Assembly: GCA_965116435.1 (NCBI GenBank)
Contig: OZ220686.1
Coordinates: forward strand, 2,036,054 to 2,100,053
Direction: 5' to 3'
Source of the DNA: Rhodothermales bacterium
GTDB taxonomy: Bacteria; Bacteroidota; Rhodothermia; Rhodothermales; VXPQ01
DNA: 64,000 nucleotides
The translations under genes were made by a program, and so were the position numbers. Positions 40,694-49,772 of the stretch are shown here, piece by piece. The notes below the pieces were generated by a model. It ran no database searches, was not told the DNA's origin, and saw only the letters and a list, made by a program, of their open reading frames with translations. Every line of letters begins with the position of its first letter. The first letter of the stretch is position 1.

Positions 40694-40800
40694 TACGCGG
40701 AGTATCTTTCCTGCGGCGGCGCGACGTGCATTTTCTCATGCGTCAATGCTTCCGCCCTTCTGCGGTTCCGTTTCCACCCTATATTCACCCGTATATTCAA

Positions 40801-40986
40801 GGATGCTCTGATTAAGTCCGCGAAGATCAGAGGCAGCCAGCGTGCTCCTCGATGCCTCCCGAAGGGCGCTTCACGAAACCGACGACGCAAAACGCCGGGG
40901 TTTCCGATGATTTCAACGATGAAATCATTACAAACGCTATGTGCGTACGTGAAGCGCTGATCGAAGTGGATTTGATCAGTGCATCC
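40801..40986. mobile_element. 186-bp non-autonomous element (MITE/REPIN-like)
   Basis: Terminal IRs GGATGCTCTGATTAA / TTGATCAGTGCATCC. TCAA on both flanks (40797-40800, 40987-40990). Inverted second copy at 56292. Confidence 0.88.
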
Positions 40987-41043
40987 TCAAGATGTCCGCC
41001 GCGTTGCGGGCAAGAATCGGCTACGCCGCGAAACCGAAGCGAC

Positions 41044-42249
41044 ATGACGGATCACGCGCCCCAAAACATGCATCAAAAATGGATGGCGACCTGCCTGGAC
41101 CTGGCCCGGCAAGGAGCCGGACGGGTAAGCCCCAATCCCATGGTCGGCGCCGTGCTCGTCGGGACGGACGGTACGCTGCTTGGCCAGGGGTTGCATCATG
41201 AATATGGCGGGCCTCATGCGGAGGTATACGCCATCCGGGACGCCGAGCGGCGCTACGGCGCCGTAGCGCTGGAGCACGCCACCCTGTATGTCAACCTGGA
41301 ACCGTGTTCGCATCACGGCAACACGCCGCCGTGCGTCGATCTTATTCTGGAAAAACGCATCCCCCGCGTCGTCTTCGGGACGCGCGACCCGTTTCGCGGA
41401 TCCGCCGGCAGCGGCGCGCAGCGTTTGCGCGAGGCGGGGGTTCAGGTTGTGGAGGGGGCGCTGGAGGCCGAATGCAAGCGGCTCAACGAGGCGTTCATGC
41501 ACCACACCCGGACCGGACGGCCTCTTGTTACGCTGAAAATGGCCCAAACGCTCGACGCCCGCATTGCAGGCGCCTCCGGGGCGTCCCAATGGATATCGGG
41601 CGACCTGTCCCGACGGCTGGCGCACCACTGGCGCGCCGAGGCGGACGGCGTCCTTGTGGGCACGGAAACGGCCCGGCAGGACAATCCTTCCCTGACGGTG
41701 CGGCATGTAGAGGGGCGCCATCCCGTACGGATCGTGCTGGACCGGATCGGGCGCCTTCCCGCCGATCTGCATCTGTTCACGGACGCACAGGCCGACAAAA
41801 CGATCGTCGTGGTCGCCGAATCGACGCACATTCCGTACGAGCAGGCGCTGGTCGAACGCGGCGGGCGCGTGCTTCGCATGTCTGTGCGCAACGACGCCTT
41901 GCCGCTCGACCATATGCTCGAAGCGCTGGGGGAACGCGGGGGGCGAGGCGGGCTTCCGATGCAATCGCTGCTTGTCGAAGGAGGCGCTGCGTTGGCCGCC
42001 TCGCTGTTGCGGAAAGATCTGGTGGACCGGCTGTTTCTGTTCATTGCGCCGAAGGCGCTGGGGGCCGGGCCTGTTGCGATCGACGGGATCGGGCGCGAAG
42101 ACCTTGCCGAAGCGCTGACCTTTGCGGAGCATGCCTGGGAATCCGTCGGGGAGGACATGGTGTTCAAGGGATACCGCCGGGCCCTCGATGCGTCGGCGGA
42201 AGATCGCCCCGGGTCATCCGGGTCATCTGGAGCATCCGGGGCATCCTAA
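41044..42249 (+). CDS. ribD: Bifunctional riboflavin deaminase/reductase
   Basis: SPNPMVGAV, HAE, LEPCSHHGNTPPC, SQWISG, DNPSLTVR, LLVEGG. Confidence 0.96.
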   Translation: MTDHAPQNMHQKWMATCLDLARQGAGRVSPNPMVGAVLVGTDGTLLGQGLHHEYGGPHAEVYAIRDAERRYGAVALEHATLYVNLEPCSHHGNTPPCVDLILEKRIPRVVFGTRDPFRGSAGSGAQRLREAGVQVVEGALEAECKRLNEAFMHHTRTGRPLVTLKMAQTLDARIAGASGASQWISGDLSRRLAHHWRAEADGVLVGTETARQDNPSLTVRHVEGRHPVRIVLDRIGRLPADLHLFTDAQADKTIVVVAESTHIPYEQALVERGGRVLRMSVRNDALPLDHMLEALGERGGRGGLPMQSLLVEGGAALAASLLRKDLVDRLFLFIAPKALGAGPVAIDGIGREDLAEALTFAEHAWESVGEDMVFKGYRRALDASAEDRPGSSGSSGASGAS

Positions 42250-42274
42250 GCATTCGGGTCATTCGAGGCATTCG
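42209..42274 (+). repeat. Degenerate 9-bp tandem repeat (about 7 copies) across the ribD stop
   Basis: gggtcatcc gggtcatct ggagcatcc ggggcatcc taagcattc gggtcattc gaggcattc. Confidence 0.75.
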
Positions 42275-42301
42275 CTGCGCCGTAGCACATTCGGGAAGGA
42301 C

Positions 42302-42898
42302 ATGTTCACGGGAATTATTGAGGAAAAAGGGCGTCTTCAGGCCGCCGAACCGACGGAGGGAGGGCGCAAACTGGTCGTGGCGTGCTCGTTTGCCGACGAA
42401 CTGCGGGTGGATCAAAGTGTGGCGGTCAACGGTGTTTGCCTGACCGTAACGGCAGTGGGAGACGGTGTTTTCGAGGCCACCGCCGCGGGCGAAACCTTGT
42501 CCAAAACCACGCTGGGCGCGCTGGCTTCCGGCGCGCCCGTCAACCTCGAACGCGCCCTGAAACCAACCCATCGGCTGGACGGGCATATGGTGCAGGGGCA
42601 TGTGGACGGCACGGGCGAGATCGTTTCCGTCGCGCGGCGAACGGACCGGTTCCTGTGCCGCATTGCGTACGATCCGGCCTGTGCGCACCTGCTTGTTTCC
42701 GCCGGCTCCATCGCCGTGGACGGCATTTCGTTCACCGTGGCGCGCCTGGACGAAACGACCTTTACGGTGTCCGTCATTCCGCATACGCGCACGCTGACCA
42801 ACGCGGGGGCCTGGGAGGCGGGCGACCGCGTCAATCTGGAATACGATCTGATCGGAAAATATATTGCGCGAGGGATGGAAGCCGGGCGAAGCGGGTAG
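42302..42898 (+). CDS. ribE: Riboflavin synthase (alpha chain)
   Basis: MFTGII, SVAVNGVCLT, VNLERAL, GHMVQGHVD. Confidence 0.96.
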   Translation: MFTGIIEEKGRLQAAEPTEGGRKLVVACSFADELRVDQSVAVNGVCLTVTAVGDGVFEATAAGETLSKTTLGALASGAPVNLERALKPTHRLDGHMVQGHVDGTGEIVSVARRTDRFLCRIAYDPACAHLLVSAGSIAVDGISFTVARLDETTFTVSVIPHTRTLTNAGAWEAGDRVNLEYDLIGKYIARGMEAGRSG

Positions 42899-42999
42899 CG
42901 CATCCCGTCAAGTGCAAAGGGGATGGTTCTTCGATATCAGACGGTGTGCGGGCGTGCGGGCGTCCGGAAAACCGTGTACGTGTATGTTCGGACACGGTT

Positions 43000-43904
43000 T
43001 CAGCGCACCGCTTCGTGCACGATCCGGGCGATTCCGGCTCCCGCCCGCGAAGCCGTCTCGTGGTCGGCGAACCCTTCCGTCAGGATGACCAGCACGTACG
43101 GCGAGGCACGCTCTGGATACACGATGGCGGCGTCGTGCACAATGCCCGTAATCCAGCCCGTCTTGTGGGCCACCCGCGTCCCGGGCGGCAAACCCGCCGG
43201 GATCATCTCGTTGAATTCCTGCTTCAGCAGAATGTCCCGCATGGCTTCGCTGGCGGCAGGCGAAACCGCCTCGCCCCGGCGAATGGCGTCGAGCAGCACG
43301 GCCAGGTCCGACGCCGTGGCTGTATTGTTCAGGCCTGTTCGAACGCCTTGATATCTTCTACCCCCCGTAGTACGCGCATGGTTCGGGTTCCCATGCGCTC
43401 CATCGTACGCTGCACGGAATCGGCCCGGACCCGTTCGATCGTCAGGTTCGTGGCGAGATTCGAGGACACCGTGATCATGCGTTCGGCCAAGTCGCGGATG
43501 GGCAACGCGCTGCCGATATGTTCGTAGAGCGCGTCGTCGGAGTCGTCTTCGATCCGAAACGGCGAGCCGTCCGCAATGGACGTAAAACGGTTTTCGACCC
43601 GCAGCGAATCGTTCAGGGAAAACAGGCCCGCGGCGGCTTGCCGGTACACTTCGATCAGCACGGGTGCCTTCATGGTGCTGGCGGCATGAAAGACTCGATC
43701 CCCTTGTATGGCGAGGCGGGCGCCGGTTTCCGGGTCGATCAGGGCGACGGCGATCTCCGCCTCTGGCCAGGCGGACACGAAGGATTCGATCTCGGCTTGC
43801 AGGGCCCCGGCGGAAAAGGACATGGGTGGATCCGGATGGGCGCATCCCGGCGCCGTCACGCACCACGCTGCAACAAGCGCGGACGCAAGCGAAGGGGCGG
43901 ACAT
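43000..43904 (-). pseudogene. Class A beta-lactamase-like serine hydrolase, frameshifted near 43335
   Basis: First frame has ASTMK and SSN...KAFEQ. Second frame continues GLNNTATA...AHKTG. One base is missing at GAACAGGCCTGAAC. Confidence 0.85.
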
Positions 43905-44160
43905 TATTCCCAGTACCTCGTGTCGATTCTGCGTTGCGCCCGCAGCGCTTTGTTGAATTCCTCGGCGTCTTCGGGAGTCCATGTGGCGTACCGCTCCAGG
44001 CGCTCGCGGCGCAGATTCAAGCCCGCAGCATCTCGAAGAAGATGCAATGAAGATGCAATACGGTGCGGTTCAGGCTCTCGTCGCGGGCCGCGCTGATCGC
44101 GCGAAGCCGCCGCAAAAGCTCTGGATCGACATTGCGCAGCGTAATGCGGGATGATGTCAT
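43904..44160 (-). pseudogene. FitA/VapB-like ribbon-helix-helix antitoxin disrupted by an 11-bp duplication
   Basis: Removing one GAAGATGCAAT copy (44038-44059) gives an 81-aa ORF MTSSRITLRNVDPELLRRLR...SLNRTVLHLLRDAAG...WTPEDAEEFNKAL...IDTRYWE. Confidence 0.8.
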
Positions 44161-44216
44161 GGCGTCACTACGGTAAAATAAACGCTTTCGGCGGATGTCT
44201 GTTTCGCTCGCACCCC

Positions 44217-45689
44217 TCAAAAATACTTCTGCACCACCTCCTCGGGTTGCCATTGGTCCGGGGTGCGGACGATGTCTGAGTAGTCGAAATCCATGGGCAT
44301 GCGGGGTTCGGAGGTCAGGGGATGCGGGTCGGCGGCCTCCTGTTGCGCGGACTGGAGGAGCGTCATCAGGCGTTCTTGCTCCTCGGCGTACGCCGGGTCG
44401 TCCGCCAGATTTCGCAACTCGTAGGGGTCCGCCTCAAGGTCGAACAGCTGCGTGTAGTGGATTTTGGGGTACCGGATCAACTTCCATCGATCCTCCACCA
44501 CGGCGCGGTGAAGGTCTTCGTAGGCCAGAAAAAGGCGTTCCCGAAAAGCCGTCTGGTCGCTTTTCCACAAGACGGACAAATCCTGCGCATCCACATTCGC
44601 GGGCGCCTCGACCCCGGCCAGTCCCAGCACGGTGGCGAATAGATCGTGCAGATAGACCAGGGCGTCGGTTTCGCCCTGCGGGATGCCGGGCCCCTGCACG
44701 ACGAGCGGCGTTTTAGCGCTGTGTTCGTACAGATTTTGTTTGCCGAGCAGGCCATGCCGCCCCACGGCCAGGCCGTGATCGGACGCAAATACGACCACGG
44801 TGTTGTCGGTCAGGCCCTGCGCATGCAATGCGCCCAGAATTCGCCCGATTTCCTCGTCCATGTGCGTAATGAGGCCGTAATATTCGGCCAGCTGATCGCG
44901 GATCACGTCCGTGCGGCGAGGCCAGGCGGCAAGCACCTCGTCCCGGACCTTCATGCGCCCGTTATCGAACGGATGCACCGGCATATAATTGGGGGGCAAG
45001 GGCATGTCCGCTCCGGCGTAGTCCGCCGCGTGGTTGGCGGGCGGCGTCCGGGGGTCGTGGGGCACGGTGAAGGACACATAGGCCAGAAAAGGGGCCTCCC
45101 GGTCCGATGCCCCGTAATTCTCCAGAAAATCCACCGCTGCATCGGCGAACAGGGTTGTGGAAAAGCCCTGCATGACAGGCTCCGAAAAGGTCCCGTCGGC
45201 CTGCAAATCCTGTAGCCGGATGCTGAAATGGTTGGCCATGCCGCCAAAGAACACGGCGCGCCCCTCCCCGAAACTGCGTGTAAACGACGAACGGCTTTGG
45301 TGCCATTTGCCCGTGCCGAAGGTCCGGTAGTTCGCTTCCCGAAGGATTTCCGGGAACGTCCGCACGGAATCCAGATTGTCGTAGACATGAAACAGGCTGC
45401 GCCCGCTCATTGTCATGGCCCGGCTGGGTGCGCAAACGGCTCCGTGGTGGGCGCCCATGTTGTAGGCGCGTCGGAACGAATACCCGTCCTCCACGAGCCG
45501 GTCCAGGTTGGGCGTGCGGATATATCCGTTGCCGTATGCGCCGATGGCGTCGGCTTGCAGGTCGTCGGCCAGCAGAAACAGGATATTCGGGGGCGCACTC
45601 TCCGAATCGGCGTCGGAATCCACTGAACAGGCCGAGGCGAAGGCGGCCAGAAACGCGAAAACGCCAAGGCGCAAAAAGGGACGATACAT
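44217..45689 (-). CDS. Sulfatase lipoprotein (choline-sulfatase-like)
   Basis: Lipobox ASAC, NILFLLADD, CAPSR, GKWH, GKQNLYE. Confidence 0.92.
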   Translation of the reverse strand: MYRPFLRLGVFAFLAAFASACSVDSDADSESAPPNILFLLADDLQADAIGAYGNGYIRTPNLDRLVEDGYSFRRAYNMGAHHGAVCAPSRAMTMSGRSLFHVYDNLDSVRTFPEILREANYRTFGTGKWHQSRSSFTRSFGEGRAVFFGGMANHFSIRLQDLQADGTFSEPVMQGFSTTLFADAAVDFLENYGASDREAPFLAYVSFTVPHDPRTPPANHAADYAGADMPLPPNYMPVHPFDNGRMKVRDEVLAAWPRRTDVIRDQLAEYYGLITHMDEEIGRILGALHAQGLTDNTVVVFASDHGLAVGRHGLLGKQNLYEHSAKTPLVVQGPGIPQGETDALVYLHDLFATVLGLAGVEAPANVDAQDLSVLWKSDQTAFRERLFLAYEDLHRAVVEDRWKLIRYPKIHYTQLFDLEADPYELRNLADDPAYAEEQERLMTLLQSAQQEAADPHPLTSEPRMPMDFDYSDIVRTPDQWQPEEVVQKYF

Positions 45690-45807
45690 GGTTGCGATGC
45701 AGTCAGGTCTGGAAAAAGAAACGATGTGTGTGGACATGCGGGGAAGGCAACATACCATTTTCGGGAAATTTCTTCGGAAAAAACCGGGGCGGCGGGCGTT
45801 TTCAGGG

Positions 45808-46824
45808 TCATGTGGTTGCATGGAGGCGGGCGGCGGTCTGGCCTCGCGCCGTGAGGCGATACCGCTGGTTTCGGGCCGTGGGGGATTCGGGGCGCGTCAT
45901 TTCAACCAACCCGGCGTCGAGGGCAGGGTGAATGTAGTTGTTTCGGAATGTCGGTCGGTGGGATAGTCCGATTACAGCCATGAGTTCGCGTGCGGTCCCG
46001 GGGCCGTTTCGCAACGCATTGATTAAACGCACTACTTGGTCGGTTAGATAGTCGCCTTCTTGGTCGGTCGAACGAGAATCCAGGACCGCTCCCAGGATGG
46101 CCTCCAGCATGTAGACGATAAACGGCGTGCTTTCTCCCTGGGCGGAACTGGTCCGGATCGCCTCGTAGTACTCGCTTTGCCGTGCGTACACCAGGCTTTC
46201 CACCGGCACGTCGGCGAACAGCGCTTTCCAGTGCGTCAGGATCAGGGTTTGCCACAGCCTGCCCATTCTCCCGTTGCCGTCCTCGAACGGGTGAATGAAT
46301 TCGAATTCGTAGTGAAACACCGAACTGGCGATCAGCGGATGTGCTTCGGTATTTTCCAGCCACGACAACAGGTTTGACATAAGATGCGGCACCTGGCTGG
46401 GCGGAGGCCCAATATGGTGGACTTGTCCTCCCCCGTATACCCCAATTCCGCATTGTCGATAATGGCCGGGCGCGTCCAGCAATCCCGTCATAAGCATCCG
46501 GTGCGCCGTCAGCAAGTCGTCCGCGCTCGCTGGATTCCACTGCGGAAAGCGATCGTAGACCTTGATGGCGTTGCAGGCTTCCAGGACTTCGCGCAAAGGC
46601 GCAATAACCGGCTTCCCGTCCAGGATGGTCGAGATTTCCTCTTCGGTGAGCGTGTTGCCTTCGATCGCAAGCGACCCCTGAATCGCACGGATGCGGTTGA
46701 TCCGCCGCAGGCGCAGACTCATCGGGACCGCCGCGGCCTCGGCCTGCCCGATCGCCTCGGCAATCCGGGCGACCAGGTTGAGTATGGGCGGGGTAATGCT
46801 GTATGGCGGGACGTCGATCTTCAT
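45808..46824 (-). CDS. Fic family protein (class II) with C-terminal HTH
   Basis: Catalytic motif HPFEDGNGRMGR and N-terminal inhibitory motif SLAIEGN. Confidence 0.93.
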   Translation of the reverse strand: MKIDVPPYSITPPILNLVARIAEAIGQAEAAAVPMSLRLRRINRIRAIQGSLAIEGNTLTEEEISTILDGKPVIAPLREVLEACNAIKVYDRFPQWNPASADDLLTAHRMLMTGLLDAPGHYRQCGIGVYGGGQVHHIGPPPSQVPHLMSNLLSWLENTEAHPLIASSVFHYEFEFIHPFEDGNGRMGRLWQTLILTHWKALFADVPVESLVYARQSEYYEAIRTSSAQGESTPFIVYMLEAILGAVLDSRSTDQEGDYLTDQVVRLINALRNGPGTARELMAVIGLSHRPTFRNNYIHPALDAGLVEMTRPESPTARNQRYRLTARGQTAARLHATT

Positions 46825-46863
46825 ATTCTGATCATACGCTCAAGACTCAAAAAATCTTCTCAA

Positions 46864-46900
46864 GAATGCTCTGATCGAAGTGGAGTTGATCAGTGCATTC
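46864..46900. repeat. 37-bp palindromic unit (solo copy)
   Basis: TCAA-GAATGCTCTGAT-CGAAGTGGAGTTG-ATCAGTGCATTC-TTAA. Confidence 0.85.
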
Positions 46901-46910
46901 TTAACATCGC

Positions 46911-48554
46911 CTACCGCACCGCAATATGCCCCGTGATTCGGCCCAGCAACTTGGCGGCGTACCACCCGGTGCGCTGCTGGAGCGTCTTCGTATCGTCGGG
47001 GCCGGCGAGGCGAAGGCACGTTTCCCCGAGGCGCTCGGCGGCGAAAACGTCTCCTTCGTACGGATTGAAGGCAATCCAGTAGAGGACCTGGATCAATTCG
47101 TCCTCGGGATATGCATTCGCCAAGTGCTCGAATACGGCGTGCGGCGCCCATCGTTCGATTCCGCTCATCTGGTACATGTCCGGAACCGCCGCCACGAACA
47201 GCACATTGCGCGCCCGTTGCACCGGGTCCGCCGCCCAGGCGGGCGGCCATACCTCCAGGTCTTCGAGAATGCACTGCATGGTGGCCTCGATATCGGGGTA
47301 CACAGGCTCGTCCAGGGCGGCCACCGGAGCCTCCAGCCCCTGATCGTAAGGCAGGGCGTCGAACCGGATGTCCCGGTCGATGTCCTCCAGCGTTACTTCT
47401 TCCCACGAATCCGGGTAGTCGATGATCGGCCATGTCGGGGGAGGCGGTTCGGCTTGTTCGCCGGAGGCGGCGGCCGTTTCTTCAGGGGGCGTAGCGACCG
47501 CTGCGGACGCTACGGACGCCCGAGGCACAGCGGACGGTCCCGCCGCTGCATCCGCGGAATCCGCCTCGCTTCCGGGTGTCGCCATCGAATCTGCCGCCGT
47601 TCCGTAGGCGTCGCCGGGATGTTGCGTTTCGGCGGCGGCCATACCCTCCATACCCTCCCTGTCGCTCCTGTCGTCTGCGCCGGTAGCGCGCAGCGCCTCG
47701 GTCAGGGACGCCGCCGCGCCGGTGGACAAGCGTCCGCGAGGCAGCGCATGGCCCGTCGTTTCCGCCAGCACGCCCGCCAACAGCCAACCCGCCAGCGCCG
47801 CCGCCGCCCATGCCTTGCCGTGCGCCGCGCCGCCTCGCTCTCGCGTATCCCATCGAAACATTCTGGCCGAAGCGAGGCATCCCGCCGCGCCGATCAGCAA
47901 CAGGGCCAGCATACTGAATCCCGCGGCGCCCAGTCCGCCCCCATTCACCGTGGCTTGTATCGCCTCGACCGCATAGCGTCCGGGGAAAAAGGCGGACAGA
48001 TGCTGCGCCCAGACCGGCAGGCTTTCGATACGCACCGCCACGCCCCCAATGATCAGCATGGGAAGGAAAACAGACTGCCCGAGGGCTTGTACGGCGGGCA
48101 CCGTATCCGCAAGCATGGCGATGACCAGGCCCAGCCCAAGAAAGGCGAAGGATACGAAGGTGAAGGCGATCCACAGGCCGACCATATGCTCGGGCAAAGG
48201 CGCTCCGACCGCCCAGGCCACGGCAATCTGAAGCACCGCGGCGGTGAGCAACACCAGATACCGCGCCGCCCCCGTCGTCAACACGAGGCGCAGGGTGGAA
48301 ACGGGCGTGGCCCGGTACCGCCGCCAGACGCCCCGCTCCCGCTCGCCCACCATGGAGGTCGGCAGGCCGAAACAGGCTCCGCCCAAGGCGGTCACGGTAA
48401 GCAATTCGCCCATGTGGCCCACGAGCGGAACCGCTTCGTGCCGGTACAGCACCAGAAAAGCCGCCAGAAAAATGAGCGGAAAAAGATAGCCGTAGACGAG
48501 GGCCATCCGGTTTCGGAAATAAAGCCGCAGTTCGATCAGGAAGGCGTACGTCAT
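46911..48554 (-). CDS. ABC-2 type permease with a long C-terminal extension
   Basis: ERERGVWRRYRATP, multiple TM helices, then an Ala-rich linker and an approximately 170-aa soluble domain. Confidence 0.85.
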   Translation of the reverse strand: MTYAFLIELRLYFRNRMALVYGYLFPLIFLAAFLVLYRHEAVPLVGHMGELLTVTALGGACFGLPTSMVGERERGVWRRYRATPVSTLRLVLTTGAARYLVLLTAAVLQIAVAWAVGAPLPEHMVGLWIAFTFVSFAFLGLGLVIAMLADTVPAVQALGQSVFLPMLIIGGVAVRIESLPVWAQHLSAFFPGRYAVEAIQATVNGGGLGAAGFSMLALLLIGAAGCLASARMFRWDTRERGGAAHGKAWAAAALAGWLLAGVLAETTGHALPRGRLSTGAAASLTEALRATGADDRSDREGMEGMAAAETQHPGDAYGTAADSMATPGSEADSADAAAGPSAVPRASVASAAVATPPEETAAASGEQAEPPPPTWPIIDYPDSWEEVTLEDIDRDIRFDALPYDQGLEAPVAALDEPVYPDIEATMQCILEDLEVWPPAWAADPVQRARNVLFVAAVPDMYQMSGIERWAPHAVFEHLANAYPEDELIQVLYWIAFNPYEGDVFAAERLGETCLRLAGPDDTKTLQQRTGWYAAKLLGRITGHIAVR

Positions 48555-49507
48555 GACGAGGCTCCTCCATGCGGTTCGCGGGCCGCATCGTCTTCGTCCT
48601 TCGTCCATTCGACCAGTGCGTCCTCCAGCGTAGCGCGGCGGACATGCAGTTCCACCAGGCTTGCCCCTGCCGCCTCCAGCCGCTCCGAAAGCGCGGCGAG
48701 CACAGCGAATACTCCGTGCGCCTGCTCCGGCCGGAACCGGACCGCGCAGCCCGTCTGTTCCAGATCGCGCAGTCCCTCCATGCCTGCGAATGTAGCGGGC
48801 GGCAGGGGGACGGACGTTTCGAGACGGACCGAAGGCGCCGCATTCAGGCTGCTTGTCAGGTCGCGGGGGGCGCCCTGCGCCACAAGCCTGCCGCGCCGCA
48901 TGATCGCCACCCGGTCGCACAGGGTTTCCGCTTCGTCCATGTAATGCGTCGTGAGCAGCACGGTCCGCCCCTCCGTCTTCATCTCCAGAATGCGCTGATG
49001 CAGGTCGCGGCGCGAACGAGGGTCCAGGCCCGTCGTCGGTTCGTCCAGCAACACCACGTCCGGGCGGTTGACGAACGCCAGCGCCAGCGCCAGCCGGCGG
49101 CGCTGCCCGCCCGACAGCGTATGAAAGGGTGCGTGGGCCTGATCCTCAAGTGCAAACCGCTGCAAGAGAGCGTCGGGGGCGTCCGCCTCGCGGTAAAACG
49201 AACCAAAGAGCCGAAGTGCTTCCCGGGGCGTAATCTTGTCTTGCAAGGCGTTCGTCTGCAGGGCCGCGCCGATGCGCTGCTGCATATCGCGCGGACGGCG
49301 GCGGGCGTCGATTCCGGCTATCCGTACGCTTCCCCGGTCCGGCTGTCGCAACCCCAGCATGCACTCGATCGTGGTGGTTTTGCCCGCCCCGTTCGGCCCC
49401 AGCAGGCCAAAAATCTCGCCCGCCGCAATGTCGAACGAGACGCCGCAGGCGGCGTGCACGCCGCCGTACGCTTTCCAGAGATCATGCACATGCACCCGGG
49501 CGGACAT
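48551..49507 (-). CDS. ABC transporter ATP-binding protein (DrrA-like)
   Basis: GPNGAGKTT, LSGGQ, LLDEPTTGLDP, TTHYM. Confidence 0.95.
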   Translation of the reverse strand: MSARVHVHDLWKAYGGVHAACGVSFDIAAGEIFGLLGPNGAGKTTTIECMLGLRQPDRGSVRIAGIDARRRPRDMQQRIGAALQTNALQDKITPREALRLFGSFYREADAPDALLQRFALEDQAHAPFHTLSGGQRRRLALALAFVNRPDVVLLDEPTTGLDPRSRRDLHQRILEMKTEGRTVLLTTHYMDEAETLCDRVAIMRRGRLVAQGAPRDLTSSLNAAPSVRLETSVPLPPATFAGMEGLRDLEQTGCAVRFRPEQAHGVFAVLAALSERLEAAGASLVELHVRRATLEDALVEWTKDEDDAAREPHGGASS

Positions 49508-49772
49508 CGGCCAGCCGAAGAATGGCGGAAACAGGGAACGAAACGACGCTCCGCTTACCTTCTTTCCCGCCGGGATGTTCTCTACAGGATGCTACAGAAT
49601 GCGACAGGATGCCCTGATGCACGGTGCGGCGGACGCCCATCCCGCCCTCGCAACCCATTGATACTCTCCTTTTTCGTTCGTATCAAGTATGCTGATGCTG
49701 GTTCATCCTGGTTCATCGTGATTCTTCCTGATCCATAGTTTTCCCGCCAACGTATTGCCCCGCAACGAGTTC

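Noticed and set aside
45808-46824. Fic protein without a cognate antitoxin gene
   Set aside because: It carries its own inhibitory SxxxEG motif (class II), so none is expected.
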